NCBI GenBank assembly: GCA_964106915.2
Contig: OZ066921.1
DNA from: Podarcis gaigeae
Lineage: Eukaryota
Strand: one strand, 5' to 3'
DNA: 64,000 bases
Shown here: positions 62,376 to 64,000 of the stretch, piece after piece
Numbering within the stretch: the stretch's first letter is position 1
Layout of the letters: each line of letters starts with the position of its first letter
Notes under the pieces: model-generated
What the model was told of the DNA's origin: nothing
Databases searched by the model: none
Seen by the model: the letters and a program-made list of their open reading frames with translations, nothing else
Translations under genes and position numbers: made by a program

Positions 62376-63518
62376 CAGTGCTGGATTCACGTATAAGCTA
62401 AACAAGCTACATCTTAGAGCCCCACTCTAATGGGAGCCCCCAAAAAAATTAAAGGAAAAAAAGACTGGATGTATATTTCCAAAATCTAAGATAAAAAACA
62501 AATAAAATAAAACCTACATACAGCAACAGTGTTTTGTGTTGTGTAGGCTCCTATGATGTAAGTCAGGGGTCTTCCAACTACGGACCGCGGACCGCATCCA
62601 GCCTGCCATGGTCCTAGATCTGGCCTGCCCGGCCATTGCAGAACCCTGCTGTGAAGCCTCCGCACCAGGTTTACCTCAGCTGAGCAAGCCCTTTCCCCTA
62701 GGGAGGGCAGAATCCACAAGAGCACACAGGGGCGCAAAGGCCAGTGAAGTGCCCAAGTCCTCATGCTCACCAGACTCCTGGTGTGGCCCTGGCAACTCTG
62801 TCCAGAAGCTGTAGCTCTCGCTCCTTCTCCCAGAGTGCCAGGCGGACATGGTTGCGGATGGAACGAGCGAGCGCCCAAGCCAGGCAATGCCCCTCCCCCA
62901 TCCTCCTCCCCCCAACCCCACTCCAGCCCCCCATCCTTCTGCTCCCGCCCTCCACTGGCCTCGCCACTCTCCTCAGAGTAGTTCCATGGCCGCCTAGAGC
63001 CCCCAAGAGTGCCATGCAATGGAGCCGATGCCAGGCCTGTGCGTGCTCCTGTTTTGGCTCGGGCTCCTGCTATTGCCGCCACTGCTGCGCCTGACCACTG
63101 CCATGGAAGGTGAGTGCAGCAAGGATGCTGAGCTGGAAAGGGCACCCGGCAACAGCCAGTGCTCGGGGTTGTTTTGTGGGGAGGTGGAAGGGTGGCAAGA
63201 GGAAGGGGAGATTTGAAGGTAGGGGGAGGCAAGGCCGCTCAGCAATAGCTCTTCCTCGGACCAGGAGAGCCAGCACCATGTTGCTCTTTCTCCAGTGCCA
63301 GCCGCTGCTTACAGCCCCCCTTGACGGGCAGTGCTCTCTGGGAAGCAGCTGCTGCTTTGGCAAACACATGCCGGAGCCTGGAGTCCAGGGTGCACTGAAA
63401 GGCCGCTCCTTGGCCCGGCTCTGGCCTGGCTGGCAGCAGCCGGGAGGAGGAAGGAGGCCCGGCCAGCAAGCTGCCTATGAGGATTTCGTGAGGAAGCGTA
63501 TGTAACTCGAGGTACCAC
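62376..63518. mobile_element. GC-rich cluster of nested DNA-transposon remnants
   Basis: hAT-like starts CAGTGCTGGATT (62376) and CAGGGGTCTTCCAACT (62564); Tigger-like end AACTCGAGGTACCAC (~63504-63518); internal structure unresolved. Confidence 0.45.
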
Positions 63519-63519
63519 G

Positions 63520-63790
63520 GTACTTGTGTTAATTCACAAAGTCTCAAGCAACTTGGGTCCAAAGTACCATGAGGACCATCCGATAACTTAGACTGCCCCT
63601 TGAGCACTGAGGTCCTCTGACTGGGCGCTTCTGGTGGTTCCCCTGTGATTCAGTTGGCCATCACTAGGGGCCAAGCATTTAATGTGGCAGGCCCTTCCCT
63701 GTGGAACTCCCTGCCAGTAGAGCTTCAGCAGGAGCAATCTCTGCCTTCCCCGAGGTGTCTTCTGAAAAAACACTGCTTAGACAGGCCTTC
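63520..63790 (+). mobile_element. L2-like LINE 3' fragment
   Basis: gcatttaatgtggcaggcccttccctgtggaactccctgcc (AF.VAGP.LWNSLP), the typical L2 ORF2 C-terminus. Confidence 0.65.
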
Positions 63791-63853
63791 ACAATATGAA
63801 TTTCCTTTTGGACCAGCCAATATTCACTGGTGTCCTATTGATGCTTTTAATTA

Positions 63854-64000
63854 CAGTGGTACCTCGGGTTACATAGGCTTCAGGTTACAGACTCCGCTAA
63901 CCCAGAAATAGTACCTTGGGTTAAGAACTTTGCTTCAGGACGAGAACAGAAATCGTGCTCCGGCGAAGCAGCGGCAGGCCCCATTAGCTAAAGTGGTGCT
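63854..64000. mobile_element. Tigger/pogo-like MITE cut by the window edge
   Basis: TA-CAGTGGTACCTCGGGTTAC and family body. Confidence 0.85.

Noticed and set aside
62486-63505. 248-aa ORF and a signal-peptide-like 65-aa ORF
   Set aside because: Located in GC-rich transposon-like remnants; low complexity with no splice or homology support
36560-64000. Exons of a neighbouring gene such as ZNF683 (human synteny)
   Set aside because: No C2H2 zinc-finger, SET or other recognisable coding exon seen

Overview
Vertebrate genomic DNA from a squamate, very likely a lacertid lizard (Sauria/Squam1 and Squam3-like SINEs, BovB/RTE, L2, CR1, Penelope-like relics and many non-autonomous DNA transposons). 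The only recognisable protein-coding gene is LIN28A on the minus strand: coding exon 1 (33215-33185, MGSVSNQQFAG) and exon 2 (31936-31746, N-terminal cold-shock domain). I did not find exons 3-4, so intron 2 appears to extend >31 kb to the left edge of the window. The gene's 5' end lies in a TE-poor, CpG-rich zone (~30.4-36.8 kb), with two tandem REST/RE1-like sites ~4.9 kb upstream. The rest is TE-dense intronic or intergenic DNA. Best leads: a candidate exon deep in intron 2 that is in frame with exon 2 (alternative terminal or poison exon), a frame-preserving 66-nt cassette-exon candidate in intron 1, a TSD-bounded palindromic Penelope-like insert with a minimal hammerhead ribozyme core, and the RE1 doublet. 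All are sequence-based hypotheses; almost all ORFs in the supplied track are spurious.
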